From assembly GCF_009914755.1 (NCBI RefSeq), contig NC_060932.1: 64,000 nucleotides of DNA, one strand, 5' to 3'. Below are positions 1 through 14,140 of this stretch, one piece after another (the first letter of the stretch is position 1; each line of letters opens with the position of its first letter). Source of the stretch: the human T2T-CHM13v2.0 reference genome, Homo sapiens. The translations under genes were made by a program, and so were the position numbers. The notes under the pieces were generated by a model. That model saw only the letters and a program-made list of their open reading frames with translations. It ran no database searches and was not told where the DNA came from.

Positions 1-212
1 CTGCCTCCTGGGTTTAAGCAATTCTCATGTCTCAGCCTCCCGAGTAGCTGGGAATACAGACTTGTACCACCCCGCCCAGGTAATTTTTATATTTTGATAG
101 AGAGGTTTCACCATGTTGGCCAGGCTCATCTCAAACTCTTGGCCTTAAGTGATCTGCCTGCCTCAGCCTCCCAGATTGTTGGGATTACATGTGTGAGCCA
201 CTGCACCCAGCC
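1..212 (-). mobile_element. Alu (partial, cut by window edge)
   Basis: Reverse-complement Alu sequence ending ...gtgagccactgcacccagcc. Confidence 0.95.
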
Positions 213-1169
213 TTAGCTCCTTCTTAAAGTAGTGAAATCATCTTGCCAAACGGAGACTCTTATCCCCTTAATATAGAATACACAGATACAGAGCTGTTAT
301 GCTGTGGGGAAGAAGAGCTGAAGCTCCATAAGGTCTGTTTTTTAATCCAAGTCCCTCTGTAACCCTTAGGTTATTTTATAAAACCCCAGGGTTCCAGGAA
401 CCAAAGTTGCTAACTGTATTCAAGACAGTGCACTCGCATCCAGAATCTTATGCCTCACTTTTCTTGCTAACTATACATATTGTCAAAAGAACCTCTGACC
501 TCGTAAATAATAGTAATTGGGAAAAAAAAAGTTTAATTTGACAGAACTTCACCCATGCAACCCTGTTTCCATTCCTGAGCCATTCCTCCCTTGCTGAGTT
601 CTGGGAGCCCTTTGTATTAGTACGTATCATTTGTCATTTAAATGTAGGAACTTGTATTGCTCTTATCACTTGATTTCCCTCTTATTTTCAAGACCAGAGA
701 CGTCTAGAGACCAGCAACTGAATTTTATAACTGTTTGCCTTCCAGCACTTATATCAGTGGGCAGTGCTTACCAAACTCTCTGTGTGTGTGTGTGTTTCTG
801 TCCACAGTGATGATAATAACTTTCAGATATTGGGGGAAAAAATATTTCAAAACAATTTTGAGTTTAAATGAATTATGTTTCTGTACATGATTTCTTTTCA
901 CTGTTTTTACAATATTAAGTAAAGTGTGGATTTGAAGCTTTGCTAATATTCGCAGCTTACCAAGTGGCCAAGAAGGTTTTGACACCTTCCCTTCATCTTG
1001 ACTGAACTTCATCTAATTTCTTACTGAGTAGGCTCCTGACCAGTGTCCTGATGTCTCCTTTTAAAGATAATTTACTTTAGAATACTTGCAATTATAAATC
1101 ATTTCTCTGCCCTTTTGAGGTGTAAATCTTTTTAAAAAATCCTCTTGATAGTGTTATAACCCAGGACTA

Positions 1170-2499
1170 TGCTGGGGCTCAGAAATAAATACCCTAACAT
1201 ATGGCACGTTGACATATTGGGCAAGAGAAAAAGCCTCAAGGTCCCTCTGACCTTCCTCCCACCACATCTTCTGTTTTTCAATCCTCTGTCTACCCTAAAG
1301 CAAAGGATGAAGTTGTTCTCTAAAGTTCCCTAATCTGCATAAAGTTCAGATCTGTCAAAGAAGAAAACAATCACCTCTGGTCCCTTCCCTGAGTTTTCAT
1401 TAACTGAAATCATATTGCAGAAGGAAAGACTAAAGTCTGTCAACACGCATGGACAGACTTCAGTTGCATCTATTGTCTACTCTATGAGACCAACAGACTT
1501 TTTCCCAGGCCATGTATGTTCTTAAAAACCAATTAATTGCCCTAAAAATTATTTACTACCTCCCTAATGTGAAAGCACCTTTGCAAAAATTATATTTGTG
1601 AGAAAATAATAACAGTGAAAGAGGTCTGACCTAACTGACTCCATCTTGCTTTCAACCTCCAAGCTGTCCTTGTTCATTCCTGGGTTCAGGACAAACTAAC
1701 TAACTTAGTTTACAGTTTAAAACAAAGGTGATAGTAGCCCTTTCCCAAAATTTGCTTTTGTAAGACTAATCCCAAAACTGGTTGTCTAAGACTAACAAGT
1801 TAGCCACAAAATTAGAAATTATGATTTAGGAGTCATGCAATTACAGGTCACCAGATTCTAAATGTCGCCAGTTGCTCCTAGGAATAATATCACTATTGTA
1901 AAACTTGAGATTGGTGCTTGAGGTATTTTTCAGACCTTTCACTTGATGGATCAGGTGGTGCCATCCAAATCAATAAATCAGCTCATCTGGTCTTATGGCC
2001 CTCACTCACGAACTGACTGCGTGCAAGAGGAAAGCTTTGACTCCCTACAATTTCATCTTAGACCCAACAAATCAGCACTCCCCACTCCCTGGCCCCCTAT
2101 CCACCAAATTTTCCTCAATAAACCCTGGCCCCAAAATTTCTAGGAGACTGGTTTGAGTAGTAATAAAACTCCATTCTCCCAATCAGCCAGCTATGCATGA
2201 AATAAACTATTTCTCTATTGTAATTCTCCTGTCTTGATAAATTGGCTCTATCTGGGCAGCAGGAAAAATGAACCCATTGAGAGGTTACAAATTTCATCCA
2301 CACTTCTCCATCTCCCTTTCCTCTAAGAAGAAAGGTATATAATCATTTGTACAGCATTGCATGAGGAGGTAGTTACTCTGTGATTCTCCTCCATGAGCAT
2401 TACTAAATTGGTATACCATTTCTCCTAATTTGTCTTATTTTTCTTTGATTTTCAGTAAACTTTGAGTGGTAAAAGGAAAGTTTTCCCTTGGCCCCCATA
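1170..2499 (+). mobile_element. MER39-like ERV1 LTR, split by LTR8A
   Basis: Starts tgctggggctcagaaa..ataccc and ends ttttcccttggcccccata. 4-bp TSD ACTA at 1166-1169 and 2500-2503. Confidence 0.8.
1570..2289 (+). mobile_element. LTR8A-like solo LTR (ERV1)
   Basis: tgaaagcacctttgcaaaaatta...ctccatcttgct...gaggttaca. TG..CA ends; imperfect TSD aatg/aatt. Confidence 0.85.
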
Positions 2500-4700
2500 A
2501 CTATCTTTCTCAAGGGTTTGGGAACCATGTGATTAAAATGTAATCATCAAGGAAGATATTGCCCTTATCCCTGTCTTCTGTGGCAGGATTCCATTCTAAG
2601 TTCCCTGGTGCATCTTGCTCCAAGTTGCAAAATTACCTCGTGTCAAGAAGATATGAGAAAGTTACTTTCCCTCTGAGTAAGGCCAATAAGCACACATTGA
2701 TGGTTTACAATTACTTAATTCCCCCAAATTCTCAGCTGTTAAAAACTCCCTAGTCCTTTGTTTTAGTGGAATTGAGCTGAGACTGACTTTTGGCTTCTCT
2801 CTGTTATTGCAATAGCTTCAAATAAATTGTTCCTTGTCTATTTAACTTTATGAAGTGCAACTTTTGCTTTGATAGAGACTTCTATTAAACACCAAGAACA
2901 ACAAAACATTCCTCCGCTCAAATTTAACTTGCCAAAATCAAAGGAAACTATATTGTCCAGAGAGTGATAAATTTATTCCAACATTTTCTTTCTTTTTTTT
3001 TTTTGTAAGGAAAACTTTGCATTGTTTTTAATAGCAATTAAAACACTTGGAGAACATAGTTTCAATAAAACTGACAAAAAGCTGCAATTAATTGGTTTTC
3101 TCTGTGTAAATACATTGACCTTCTGTAAATCATTGAGCTAGTCTCTTCTTCTCTATGTTATTTTCTTGCGTGTAACTTCATTTAGAATGAGCAATAACTT
3201 TTTCACCACTGAGGAACTAACTCTGTAGTATACTGGAGGTACATTTTATTGTCTATTAATAAATTCTAACATTATTCCCCCTTCTTCGTGTTAAAGTAAC
3301 ATAATTTGAGTCATACAGATTTAGAGGTAAGCGCTCATTTGAGCCTTTTCTGTACTTCCTTCTCAGCTAGGCTATCTACTCCAGGCTGATTTCATGGGGC
3401 AGCACTTGAGTATATACCTGACTCCCCACTCTGAATTCACCTATAGTGATTTGAGGGCAGCAGAATTAGCCCAATAAGATATAAGAAAGTAGACCAACTT
3501 CATAAAATTTTAGGCTGAAAATAATCTTTGGGGTTATAGAATCCCATGCTTGTATTTTGCAGGTGAAGAAAATGTGTGACTTTCTCTGAGCCACACAATG
3601 AGTTAAACATACAAATAAAACTGAGAATTAGGAATCATAGAATCCTAGTCTATTACTTTTCTATTATTTTCCATTTCTGACATTTTCTTCTATTTAGGTA
3701 GTTTGTTATTTGCCCCATAATTCTGTGCTTCCATGAGGTATCACATAGATCTAAGATTTGAAAATTTCATCCCTGTTAAAGTTTTATAATCTTCAAGAGT
3801 CACTCTGTCTAGGAATATGTGTTTTTTTAAAAGAATACAGATAATATTTTAAAAATTCATAAACAAAACTGATAGTGGAATTTCTTTCTGCAGAATTTTT
3901 TTTTTTTTTTTTTTACTGGAAAAGCGTCGTTTCTTCTAACTCCCCAACACCCTGTGCTATGCCTGCTACAGAAAGAAAGCTCTGCCGAAAAAATTTAGTG
4001 ATAAATATACTTCAGATAGAAGATAGATTATGTGAACACAAAAGACTTTAACATACAACTCACAAAAAGGTGACCCAATATAATATCATCTAAGATTTTT
4101 CTATCCAGACTGGAGGGACATTTAATTGGCACATTATAATTTCTCTTTACTGAAACAGAAATGAAACTATGAGGATTCCAAGAAATAACCACTACTGCTT
4201 AGACAGTTCTATCTCTTTTTATGTCTGTTTCATTTATTAGCTTAGATTTAACTGAAGAAACTCAAACTTAAAAATAAAAGAGTGTAGGGATTAATCCATC
4301 AATTTATATTTTCCTTCATCTAAATAATGATTTTCTTTCCCTATACTGGAAAATATTAGCTTCTAGTGTCATTGATAAGCAAATATCTTCATAGTATCTG
4401 AAACATATAGACTATTTATATACTCAGCTTTAGTGGAATTAAATGCCGTTGGAGAGTGTTTTAGTTTTTTGCCTTTCCAACCTAACTCCTGGAGTCAAAA
4501 AAATATTCCTGTCTTTTAAGATACACATGTTGCCACAGGGCTATTCCTTTTCATTTTTATTCTTTTTAGCAAGTTGTATTTTTTTTTTTTAAGATTTTAT
4601 CCCAGTTTATAGAAATTTACAGGTTTACAAATTTTCTTTTCTGGTACTATTTTAGCACAATTTTTGCATGTACTTTTTGTTTGTTTGTTTGTTTCTTGAC

Positions 4701-4898
4701 TTTTTATTTTTTTATTTTTTTATTTTTTTTATTATACTTTAAGTTTTAGGGTACATGTGCACATTGTGCAGGTTAGTTACATATGTATGCATGTGCCATG
4801 CTGGTGCGCTGCACCCACTAACTTGTCATCTAGCATTAGGTATACCTCCCAATGCTATCCCTCCCCCCTCCCTCCACCCCACCCACAGTCCCCAGAGT
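4701..4898 (-). mobile_element. Young L1 3' end (L1PA2/L1HS-like), ~200 bp, 5'-truncated
   Basis: Poly(T), then attatactttaagttttagggtacatgtgcac...gtgcgctgcacccactaac...ccacagtccccagag. Confidence 0.93.
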
Positions 4899-5000
4899 TG
4901 TATGTTTTAAGAGCTATCTTTGTGAGGTTTTTAAGTCTGTGGATCTATTTTGTAGTTTCCCTCTCCTACACAAAATACCTTTCTCTAAAAAAGGAGAAGT

Positions 5001-5317
<317 letters not shown>

Positions 5318-5339
5318 TTAACATAAAATACTAGAGAAT

Positions 5340-5582
5340 CGTGGGAAAGAAAAATATGCTACCCCATGATATATCTTTTTTTGGTATATTTCAAGATGGC
5401 TATTCTGAGGGACCACAGGCACTTCAATAGCTCTAAAAAGTCATCTTTTTGTGGGGGAGATTTCTATGTGCATATAATACATATTTATACCTTTTCTCCT
5501 GTTAATCTATCTATTCTCAGTTTCCTTGACTCAAATTATCAAAACTTCAGAAAGATAAAGAAAAGTTCCCTTCATCTCTAAA
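5340..5582 (+). mobile_element. Internally deleted ERV1 LTR (MER34/LTR49-like)
   Basis: aaaatatgctacccc...tatttcaagatggctattctgaggg...tttgtgggggagattt; the LTR-like 3' end follows after only ~240 bp. Confidence 0.55.
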
Positions 5583-5999
5583 AGGAATCTGTATGAGAAA
5601 CAGGTGTAAAATACTTACAATGATTCCCAATGATATTAAATATGGAGGAGTACAGTAGGACATATAATAATAGAAAATATTTGAATTTATAGATGAAAAA
5701 AGTGAAAACGAGAATATGGGTAAGAAACAAGGACATAAATAAAATCTATTTTTTATTACCTTATTTTCCTCATAGTCACAATTTTAAATGCTGGCACTAG
5801 AATTATGATGTTACCAGTGTCATTCTATTTTACTCAGGAATTACTATGGTAACATTAAATAATTCTCAAGGTAAAATTCATTATTTTGTGTTACAATTAA
5901 AAATTATAAACTCATACAAACTTCAGAAGACTGAATTTAATACAGTTTTAGTTATCAAGCATTGAAATTGCCTCAATCTTAAAAAAATTTGTTTCTACA

Positions 6000-6112
6000 A
6001 GTATGAAAGCCTTTTTGAGTTGAGATTTTTGTCTATTTTGTTCATTACTGTATCTTCATTCCTAGAACTTTGTCCCAGTGCAAATTAGGTACTTAGTTAA
6101 TATTTGCTGAAT
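6000..6112 (+). mobile_element. L2 3' end
   Basis: tgtctattttgttcattactgtatc..cctagaac..taggtacttagttaatatttgctgaat. Confidence 0.6.
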
Positions 6113-6649
6113 TGGTATCCTGAACTAGCCTTTCTCAAAGCATTGTCAGAAGAACACTGGAGCATTTTTTTTTTTGTCATTAGTATACAGTGTGATAAGA
6201 GAGTTCTCTGGTAAAAGAAGTTTGAGAACCACAAGGTACCAGGGTAATATTTTAGATATTCAAGTTCTATATAATCAGATGTCCTGAAAACTACCTATGG
6301 TTAACTTGGTCAGCTATGGTAACATGTTCACAATGAAAGCTGTGGTCACTTTCCTGTTCCAGTGGAAAATGCTGCTCAGAGCTGCCCCTGCCCTAGCACA
6401 GTATGTGTCCTTACACCCAAGTGTATGTTCAACAGGAGATCCACTTGGAGTTCAGATTCCATTTAGGAAGTCATTTTTTTAAAAAAGAATCTTGAGACTC
6501 AGCACTTATCTTTGATGATCCTTGAAAGAGTAAACTTCTCATGAGGTAGCACATTCAGACTATGATAAAACAAAAATTTACTCTTTTCCAAGTACCATTT
6601 TAATAATTTACATGCACTCATCATTTAATCTTCAAAATAAGTGTATAAG

Positions 6650-7080
6650 ATATGATTTCATCAATTCAGAACTTTGGCTTTTTGAGAGACACTATTAAGA
6701 GAGTTTACATATTCTCACTCATAGGTGGGAATTGAACAATGAGAACACATGGACACAGGAAGGGGAACATCACACTCTGGGGACTGTTGTGGGGTGGGGG
6801 GAGGGGGGAGGGATAGCTTTAGGAGGTATACCTAATGCTAAATGACGAGTTAATGGGTGCAGCACACCAGCATGGCACATGTATACATATGTAACTAACC
6901 TGCACATTGTGCACATGTACCCTAAAACTTAAAGTATAATAATAATAAAATAAAAAAAAGAATTTAAAAAGTAAGTCATGGACTCAAAATACTTTAAATA
7001 TATTTAATAAAATCTTAGAATATAACTAGAACTCTCAAAAGCCAACAATAATAATAATTGAAATCAGAAAACTGAAAAAA
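6650..7080 (+). mobile_element. Old L1M ORF2 3' fragment, interrupted by an L1PA
   Basis: gagacactattaagaga...aaaagtaagtcatggact...gaactctcaaaagccaacaata resembles the L1M ORF2 end. Confidence 0.55.
6710..6959 (+). mobile_element. L1PA3-like 3' end with poly(A)
   Basis: atattctcactcataggtgggaattgaac...gtaccctaaaacttaaagtataataataataaaataaaaaaaa. Confidence 0.95.
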
Positions 7081-7199
7081 AAAAGCCAGGTAAATAGTTT
7101 GTGATTGCCTAGGTTTTTGGCCATCAGCCAAAATGAAGAATTAGCTTAAGAATTAGATGAAGGATATTGATAGTGTTGTTCAATTACTTGATTCCCTTA

Positions 7200-7620
7200 C
7201 TGAGAACACAGGGCCAAATATTTTGACCCATGTTCATGAATGAGATCACCCTATAATTTTTCTCTCTATAGTGCTCTTCTCAGGTTATATATTAAGATTG
7301 TGTTAAATGCCATGAAATAAGTTGACAAGTTTTTTATCCTTTTTTTCATTTTCTCTGGGAAAGGCTGTATAATGCTGAGCTTATCTTTTTCTTTGATGTT
7401 TATATAGATTCATCACTGAAGTGAACTTTTTTTATTTTCATTTTAATAGTGAATTTTTTATTACTGCTTTAATTTATTCAATAATTTTAGGACTTTTCAA
7501 GTTTTTTGTTTTTTTCTGAGTCAGTTTTTGCAAGGAATATTTTACTATGAAGTTTCCACTTCTAAATTTTCATATTTATTACCCTATTGATTTATTATAT
7601 TTTCATAACATTTTAGAATG
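7200..7620 (-). mobile_element. Degraded old L1M fragment
   Basis: T-rich stretch with caggttatatattaagattgtg...atgaaataagttg, like antisense L1M ORF2. Confidence 0.4.
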
Positions 7621-8253
7621 TATAGCTTCTCTATATAGTGATAGTATAAAAATTCATCAAACAGCTTATAAGTATACGTGAATTATCAATACAACTACAG
7701 AATAGATACAGGAAACTTTGTGATATAAGATAAAATTTTAAAATGGCACTTAGTATAATTATTTTATATCTTGTATAGAAATAATTTTTCTACCATTCAT
7801 AAAGAATGATTCTCTGTATACTCAAGAATTTCTAAAAATATAGAGTTCAAAGCTTATCCCCACGGAGACAGACATCTGGGAGCTTTTTCAATAGATATAG
7901 GAATCACAGTTCAGAAAATCTGTTTACTCTGTTAACAATGGTGCATACCCTGTCATTGGTCTGAAAGTGATTTCTCAGAACACAATGAGAAGAATAAAAC
8001 TTCTGTCTTTCATCATGTAATATAACCTGCCCTCAGCACTACTTTTTAGCCACCATGTCCTCCACAGATAATTTTAAAAAGGAAAGCACCTGATAAAAAT
8101 GTATTTTCCAAACTCAGGCCTATTCAATTGTATTAGTTTGTCACTTAGTAATATATTTCTCCATACAGACAATCCTGTGCATATACTTAATTGAGAAACT
8201 ATATCTAAATGTCCCCTTTTGTAGGAAACATCAGTACTATAAAAATTTCCATA

Positions 8254-8768
8254 TGTAACGAAGATGGTATAACCAGACACAAGTCCATCTGCCAGCCACT
8301 TGCTGAGTCCCATGAGCAAGAATGAGATCTGGTGGAAAGTAAGTGGCTTTTATTCCAAAGCTTAGCTGAAAGGAAGTGGTACAGGTTCCCGCCTTAAAGG
8401 GAGCTGCTTCCACTTTCTGGGCAGAAAGCAGAGTCTTTTAAAAAGGGACTTGGTGTTAAAGGCATGGAGGGAAGGGGGTGAGTAGAGGCAAGTTCTGTGT
8501 GATTTGCTGTCTGGTGCCATTGCAGGCAGAGCTAGGTTGTAAACTGACCATTCTCTGAGGCAGTCTCCTTGTGGGTAGGTACCTAGTTTGTTTCAAGGTT
8601 CGGTCTCCAGAACTTCTAAGTAAACTCATAGTTAGGTAATCTTGCTATGTAGTGTAGGAACTATCCGGTGGTGAGAAGGTAAAATTTATGACTGTATTCT
8701 TAAAGAGCCACGTAGGAGGTAGGGGAAAATGAAAAAGGTTAAAACAAATCATTTTATTTTTCTTTACC
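8254..8768 (-). mobile_element. Old ERV LTR (LTR53/LTR55-like; family uncertain)
   Basis: Starts tgtaac; contains tttattccaaagcttagc...gccttaaagg; GC-richer than the flanks. Confidence 0.55.
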
Positions 8769-8892
8769 ATTAGGTGTATATAAGAAAATTGGGCATATAT
8801 TATAATTGGAAATATATAAGAAGGTAGAAAAAGATCATTAGCATGTTTCCATGAAAATGCTATAATAGTTGTAATAATTTTAAATAATTTGC

Positions 8893-9190
8893 AGCTGGGA
8901 GCAGAGGCTCAGTCCTGTAATCCCAGCATTTGGGAGGCTGAGGCAAACAGATCACTTGAGACCAGGAGTCCAGACCAGCCTGGTCAACATAGTGAAACTC
9001 CCTCTTGGCTAAAAATACAAAAATTAGGTGTTCATGGTGGCGCATGCCTGTGATCCCAGCTACTCGGGAGGCTGAGGCAGGAGAATCACTTGAGCCTAGG
9101 AGGTGGAGGTCTCAGTGAGCTGAGATTGCACCACTGCGTTCCAGGTAGGGCAACAGAGGGAGACTCTATCTCAATAAATAAAATAAAATA
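8893..9190 (+). mobile_element. Alu (J/S)
   Basis: Full Alu; TSD aaataatttg at 8882-8891 and 9191-9200. Confidence 0.95.
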
Positions 9191-9799
9191 AAATAATTTG
9201 GAACATAAGTAAAAGATTCTTAAAATAAGATTTTTATATATGTAGGAAAGAAGAGGAGTTCAATTAATTCACTTTATTTCACCATAAATCTGTAAGATAT
9301 TCAAAAAGGCCTTCAGTGTTGCAAAGACTGCTGGAGTGTATTTCTTAAATACATTTTTCTGGGTGGAAAAAGTCTTTGTCTCTTAGTCAAACAAATAAAT
9401 TTGTCAAGCAGCATATAATCCATTAATATTAATGACAATGTTTTGTTGAGTAAAATTTTTATATTATTGGGGTAACCTCTCCCTTTAAACAAATGGAATA
9501 TATTGAAAAGCTCTATTAACTCTTTGAAAACATCAGGGTATCAGTTTTTCTTTTCCATTTTGGCTAAAGTTACTTATTTAATACATATCGATTAAATAGC
9601 TTTCATTTTTTAACATGTTATTATATAGGCACATGCTATTCAAACTTGAGAAATTAATTGCACTGTGAAATAGAAGAAAACCATGGACTACTATCTAAAG
9701 AAAAATATAACCAAATAATAAAAATTACTTGGAATTTCAACGCTATTAACTTAGGAAAACAAAAAATGGTACAAACAACACTACAACAAATCTTTAACT

Positions 9800-10115
<316 letters not shown>

Positions 10116-11076
10116 TAAATTCAGAACCATTAGTTCTTTAAAATAGGCATTTTTTCTAAATCTTTCTATTTCTAATTTTATTGATCTTTTTTTTCAAGAA
10201 GAATGGTAATGACTTTCCTATAACTACCTGCACATATTGATGCTGCATGTTTTTACTGGAAAATGAGCTCAATGTGGATATTGATTAATTTTCATGTTTT
10301 GTTCTTTGTAAGTGAAATCATAAACATACACCCATGCAGGTAACAGTACAAGTGATCATATTCTATTGCCAACAAAAATAAAATTTAACAAATTAGAATT
10401 CCACAATTTATTTTCCCCCAAAGGTGGTTCTAAGAATGATTCCCAGCTTTCCAGTAAGAGTACTTTTGTACCATAGGTTTGGGAATGTGCTGAGCAATTT
10501 TGTCTTGGGCAAATGTGGAACATACTTTAAAATGAGTACCTAGTTTTCAGAGACCAAGTAAGCATCCAAGACCATTTGCATTTGGTGATTACTAACTAAA
10601 ACCACTCTAAGTAAGTGAAAGCTGTAATAGGCAGAATTTGAATAGATCTCTTTAATCAAAATAATCCTGAACTCAATAGCTTAATTTTTAATTTAAAAAT
10701 TTTTCATCTGCCCCATGCTTCAAGTTCTTCATTTCAGCCTCTCCAATCCTGTTTTCTTTAAATCATCAATTTGAGCTAACCTAATATTCTATGTCTTCTA
10801 AGATTTAATCCCTTTATGGTATTTTATTTGTATACATTTTAGGTGACGATAGATGATGTCAAAAGGAAAATATTTTCTAATTTTATTTTTTTGATTTATT
10901 TTTTAAAAATTCTTTCTTGTAACTTCTCAAGCAGTGATATGCATTTACATCAGCAAAATATACACAAAAATAGCCTCCTTTACCACTTTTCTAGTTCATT
11001 CATACATGCTGCCTAGTCTTACCTTTCCTATATGAGGAACTATTCCATTACTAAATGTGCCAGCTTCAGGGACACC

Positions 11077-11378
11077 TTTTTTTGTTTGTTTGTTTAAATG
11101 GAGTCTCACTCTGTTGCCCAGGCTGGAGTGCAATGGTGCAATCTCAGCTCACTGCAATCTCCACCTCCTGGGTTGAAGTGATTATCCTGCCTCAGCCTCC
11201 TGAGTAGCTGGGATTACAGGTGCCCACCACCACCACGCCCAGCTAATTTTTTTGTATTTTTAGTACGACGGGGTTTCACTATGTTGACCAGGCTGGTCTC
11301 AAACTCCTGACCTCATGATCCATCTGCCTCGGCCTCCCAAAGTGGTGGGATTACAAGCATGAGCCACCGAACCCGGCA
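11077..11378 (-). mobile_element. AluS
   Basis: Antisense Alu; gggaca(c/a)ctttt on both flanks. Confidence 0.95.
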
Positions 11379-12384
11379 GGGACAACTTTTGGTTCTCCAT
11401 GGCTTATGTTTCCCCTAGAGTTCTGCTGCCATCTTCCCTTAGTCCTCCCACATCCTCCTCACACTGTCTGCTCTCATAACTCTTAAGCAAGTCAGAATGT
11501 TCCTTACAGTATGCTGCTTCATGCATCCTGACTCTAGCTGAATACAAATCCTGGCAGAATCCCAACTTTTTCTCTCCTCAAGAATTGATTTAGTGTAAGA
11601 GATTTTGCTTCATGGGTAGAGGTGGATATATATTTAGTGTAACATATTTTTTACTCTTGTAATTCTTGACAGCAATTAGTCTCTTTGAAATTAATATTGG
11701 GCTTTTATTTTACCAGGGTTTACAGATGTCTTCTTAATTTAACAAAGTTTTAGAACTTAAATTCCCCTACTCTTTATTTCATTGATTTTTAAAGTACACT
11801 ATGACCCCAATTTTCTCCAAGAGATAGAAAGTCAAGAACAATTAAAAAGTAAATGTCTCCCCTATGCCGTTTCTTAATTCTTTTTCATAGTTACTTCCAG
11901 ATACCTGCAATCTCTTTGCTGCTATTCTCCCATATAGAATTATTTTGCTAGCTCTGGAATTGTTCACAATTATATATTAACTTAATTGTCTCGGAGAGAC
12001 AATTTATGACAGATTATTGTCACTGATTTTATTAGCATGGTATCTTTCATCCAATAGGGACACATCGATGAAAGAATTGTGGAATTTGAGCACATTATGG
12101 CAAAGGGCTTGCATTGAAGTGTCTTAAGTAGACCATCTAACTTAGAATTCAACAACTGCCTGCAGAACCGAGATCTCTTAAATCTTTGTCATCCTAATTG
12201 TGATACACGAGTGGTCTAGAATGATGCCAGCCAAATTCCAAGTTCAGAAAAGCCAAAATTCGGACAAAAATGCACAGGATAATCTATTATGTATGGTTGA
12301 AGTGTTGGTTCAAGAAGTCTCGAAGTACAAATTGGAGATCAGAATCCACCAGTTCTGCTCTCCCAGAAGTAATGAATATTCTTA

Positions 12385-12802
12385 ACTGGGACCTCAGCTG
12401 AGGTGGGCTGGAGCCAAGACACAGGACAACCTTCTGGTTCACTGCCAAGACCAATGTCTGCAGGTAGTTGAGTCTTTTCACCAAGGCACTAGTATGCATG
12501 ATTTTTTCTGGACCCCTTGGCAGATGGTTTTGGTCAAGGCCAAATGTGACTATAGCCAAGCCTCTTGGAGAATGGGGCTATTTCCAGGCTTGAGCCTAGG
12601 TGCATAATCAGCAGATCAACCACTTGGGTATCAGACTGCACTCAAAATAACTGTCCTAGGTCTTGGGCATCATTGGTGTTGCATAATCTCCTACCTGAAT
12701 CCTGAGGCTTCTGCAGAGAGGCTTTTGTCTATGGATGGATTAAGAATTCTTGTTGCTGTGAGGGGATGTGATTGGGTTACCTCCTATCCTACCATCTTGC
12801 TA
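12385..12802 (-). mobile_element. Old L1M 5' UTR region
   Basis: Ends acctcctatcctaccatcttgc, the reverse complement of a typical L1M 5' end (gcaagatgg); also cttttgtctatggatgg. Confidence 0.6.
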
Positions 12803-13239
12803 AAGTTGATTTTAAATAGCACAGGCTATGCTGCCAATGTTTTCTCTTAATGGGCATATGTTCTGAATGAATACATGCCCCTGGATGAATGCCCTGAATG
12901 ACTTAGGTGACATAAAGGTACTGTTCTCTAGTTGTTCTCAGTTCCTGAATGCCTTATCAAATGTAAGTGTCTTACTCTACTGACTATGTTTCTACTGTTT
13001 AAAAATAAACCTTTTTATGTGAAAAGAATCAAAAGCCAAAAATTTTATCTGGAACTCAAAAAAGAAAGCAATAGTAAAAATAGACTAATAGTTTTGGAAA
13101 AGTGTATTGAATTTAACAAAGAAATATATTTATGTGTTCAATGTTAGTATTCCTATGAGATTTTCAAAAATAATTATATGCAATCTTTACCTTGCAGATT
13201 TTCAATCCTAATTCCTTAGTAGATGTCATTTCTGTGGAA

Positions 13240-14140
13240 TGGTTTATAAATTAATACCTTGTAAGATTCTCAAACTTAGCTTTGTAGTACATAATTCTAG
13301 ATTTGACTCACATTTACCAAAAACTGATGCTTCCTCATTCTGATATCTTAATCAATAAAACAATGTTGCAATCAATATAATTGCCCATGCTCAGGCTAAA
13401 ACCTCTAGGGTTGTCATCTGAAATGTCTTTCTCTTTCATATGTGTATTTCAATAAGTCCTCAAGTTCTGCCTGCTTCCAAAATATTCCTCAAATTTTAAC
13501 ATATCCCCTATGTCTGTAGCAACAACTCTCGTTTCCATCTTCATCTCTTCCTACATGATTTCCTGTCATGACTAATTACACTGTTTTCTCCTGCGACTCC
13601 TAAAGGGATTCTCTTCACAGCTCCCAGACCTCAGTGTTTTTTCCAGTTGTAAATTTGATGACACAACCTTTTTGTTTGGAAAACATCAGTGTTTTCCCAA
13701 TGCAATAAGATTTAATCCAATCCCTTTACAATGGCCCTATTTAATCTGTCCCCTGACTGTGTTTCAAGACGGTTTCTCCTCCTCACACCAGTTCCCAATA
13801 TTTTGACAACTTTCAATTTATTTTTGTCCTCTGGACAGACTGAGACTTATTCGTGTCTGGGAGATTTTGTATTTACTCTTCTCTCAGGCAAAATGCCCTT
13901 CCCCAAGATTTTTGCCTGTCTCCTTCTATGGCTACAGCACAGTGTCTTCCCACGCCAGACTCTTATATTCTATCCCTACACTGTGTTTAATTTTCTTTAG
14001 AACATTTAGCATTTGTAGAAATTATGTTATTCATATGCAATATTTTATGATGTGGTAAGGGAGATCTGAGACAATAGGAACTGTATTTTGCTTGTTCACA
14101 ATTGTAGTATCCAACACCTAGAGGAACATCTGGCAGAGAT
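13240..14140 (+). mobile_element. L2 (3' portion)
   Basis: gctcaggctaaaacctctaggg...aagttctgcctgcttccaaaatat...tgttcacaattgtagtatccaacacctag. Confidence 0.65.

Larger units (their letters stand above)
980..2874 (+). mobile_element. ERV1 LTR, MER67/MER31-like, split in two (~980-1169 and 2504-2874) by nested LTRs
   Basis: Removing the insert rejoins acccaggacta|tctttctcaaggg...tgtaatcatcaaggaagata, which matches this LTR family as I recall it. Confidence 0.7.
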
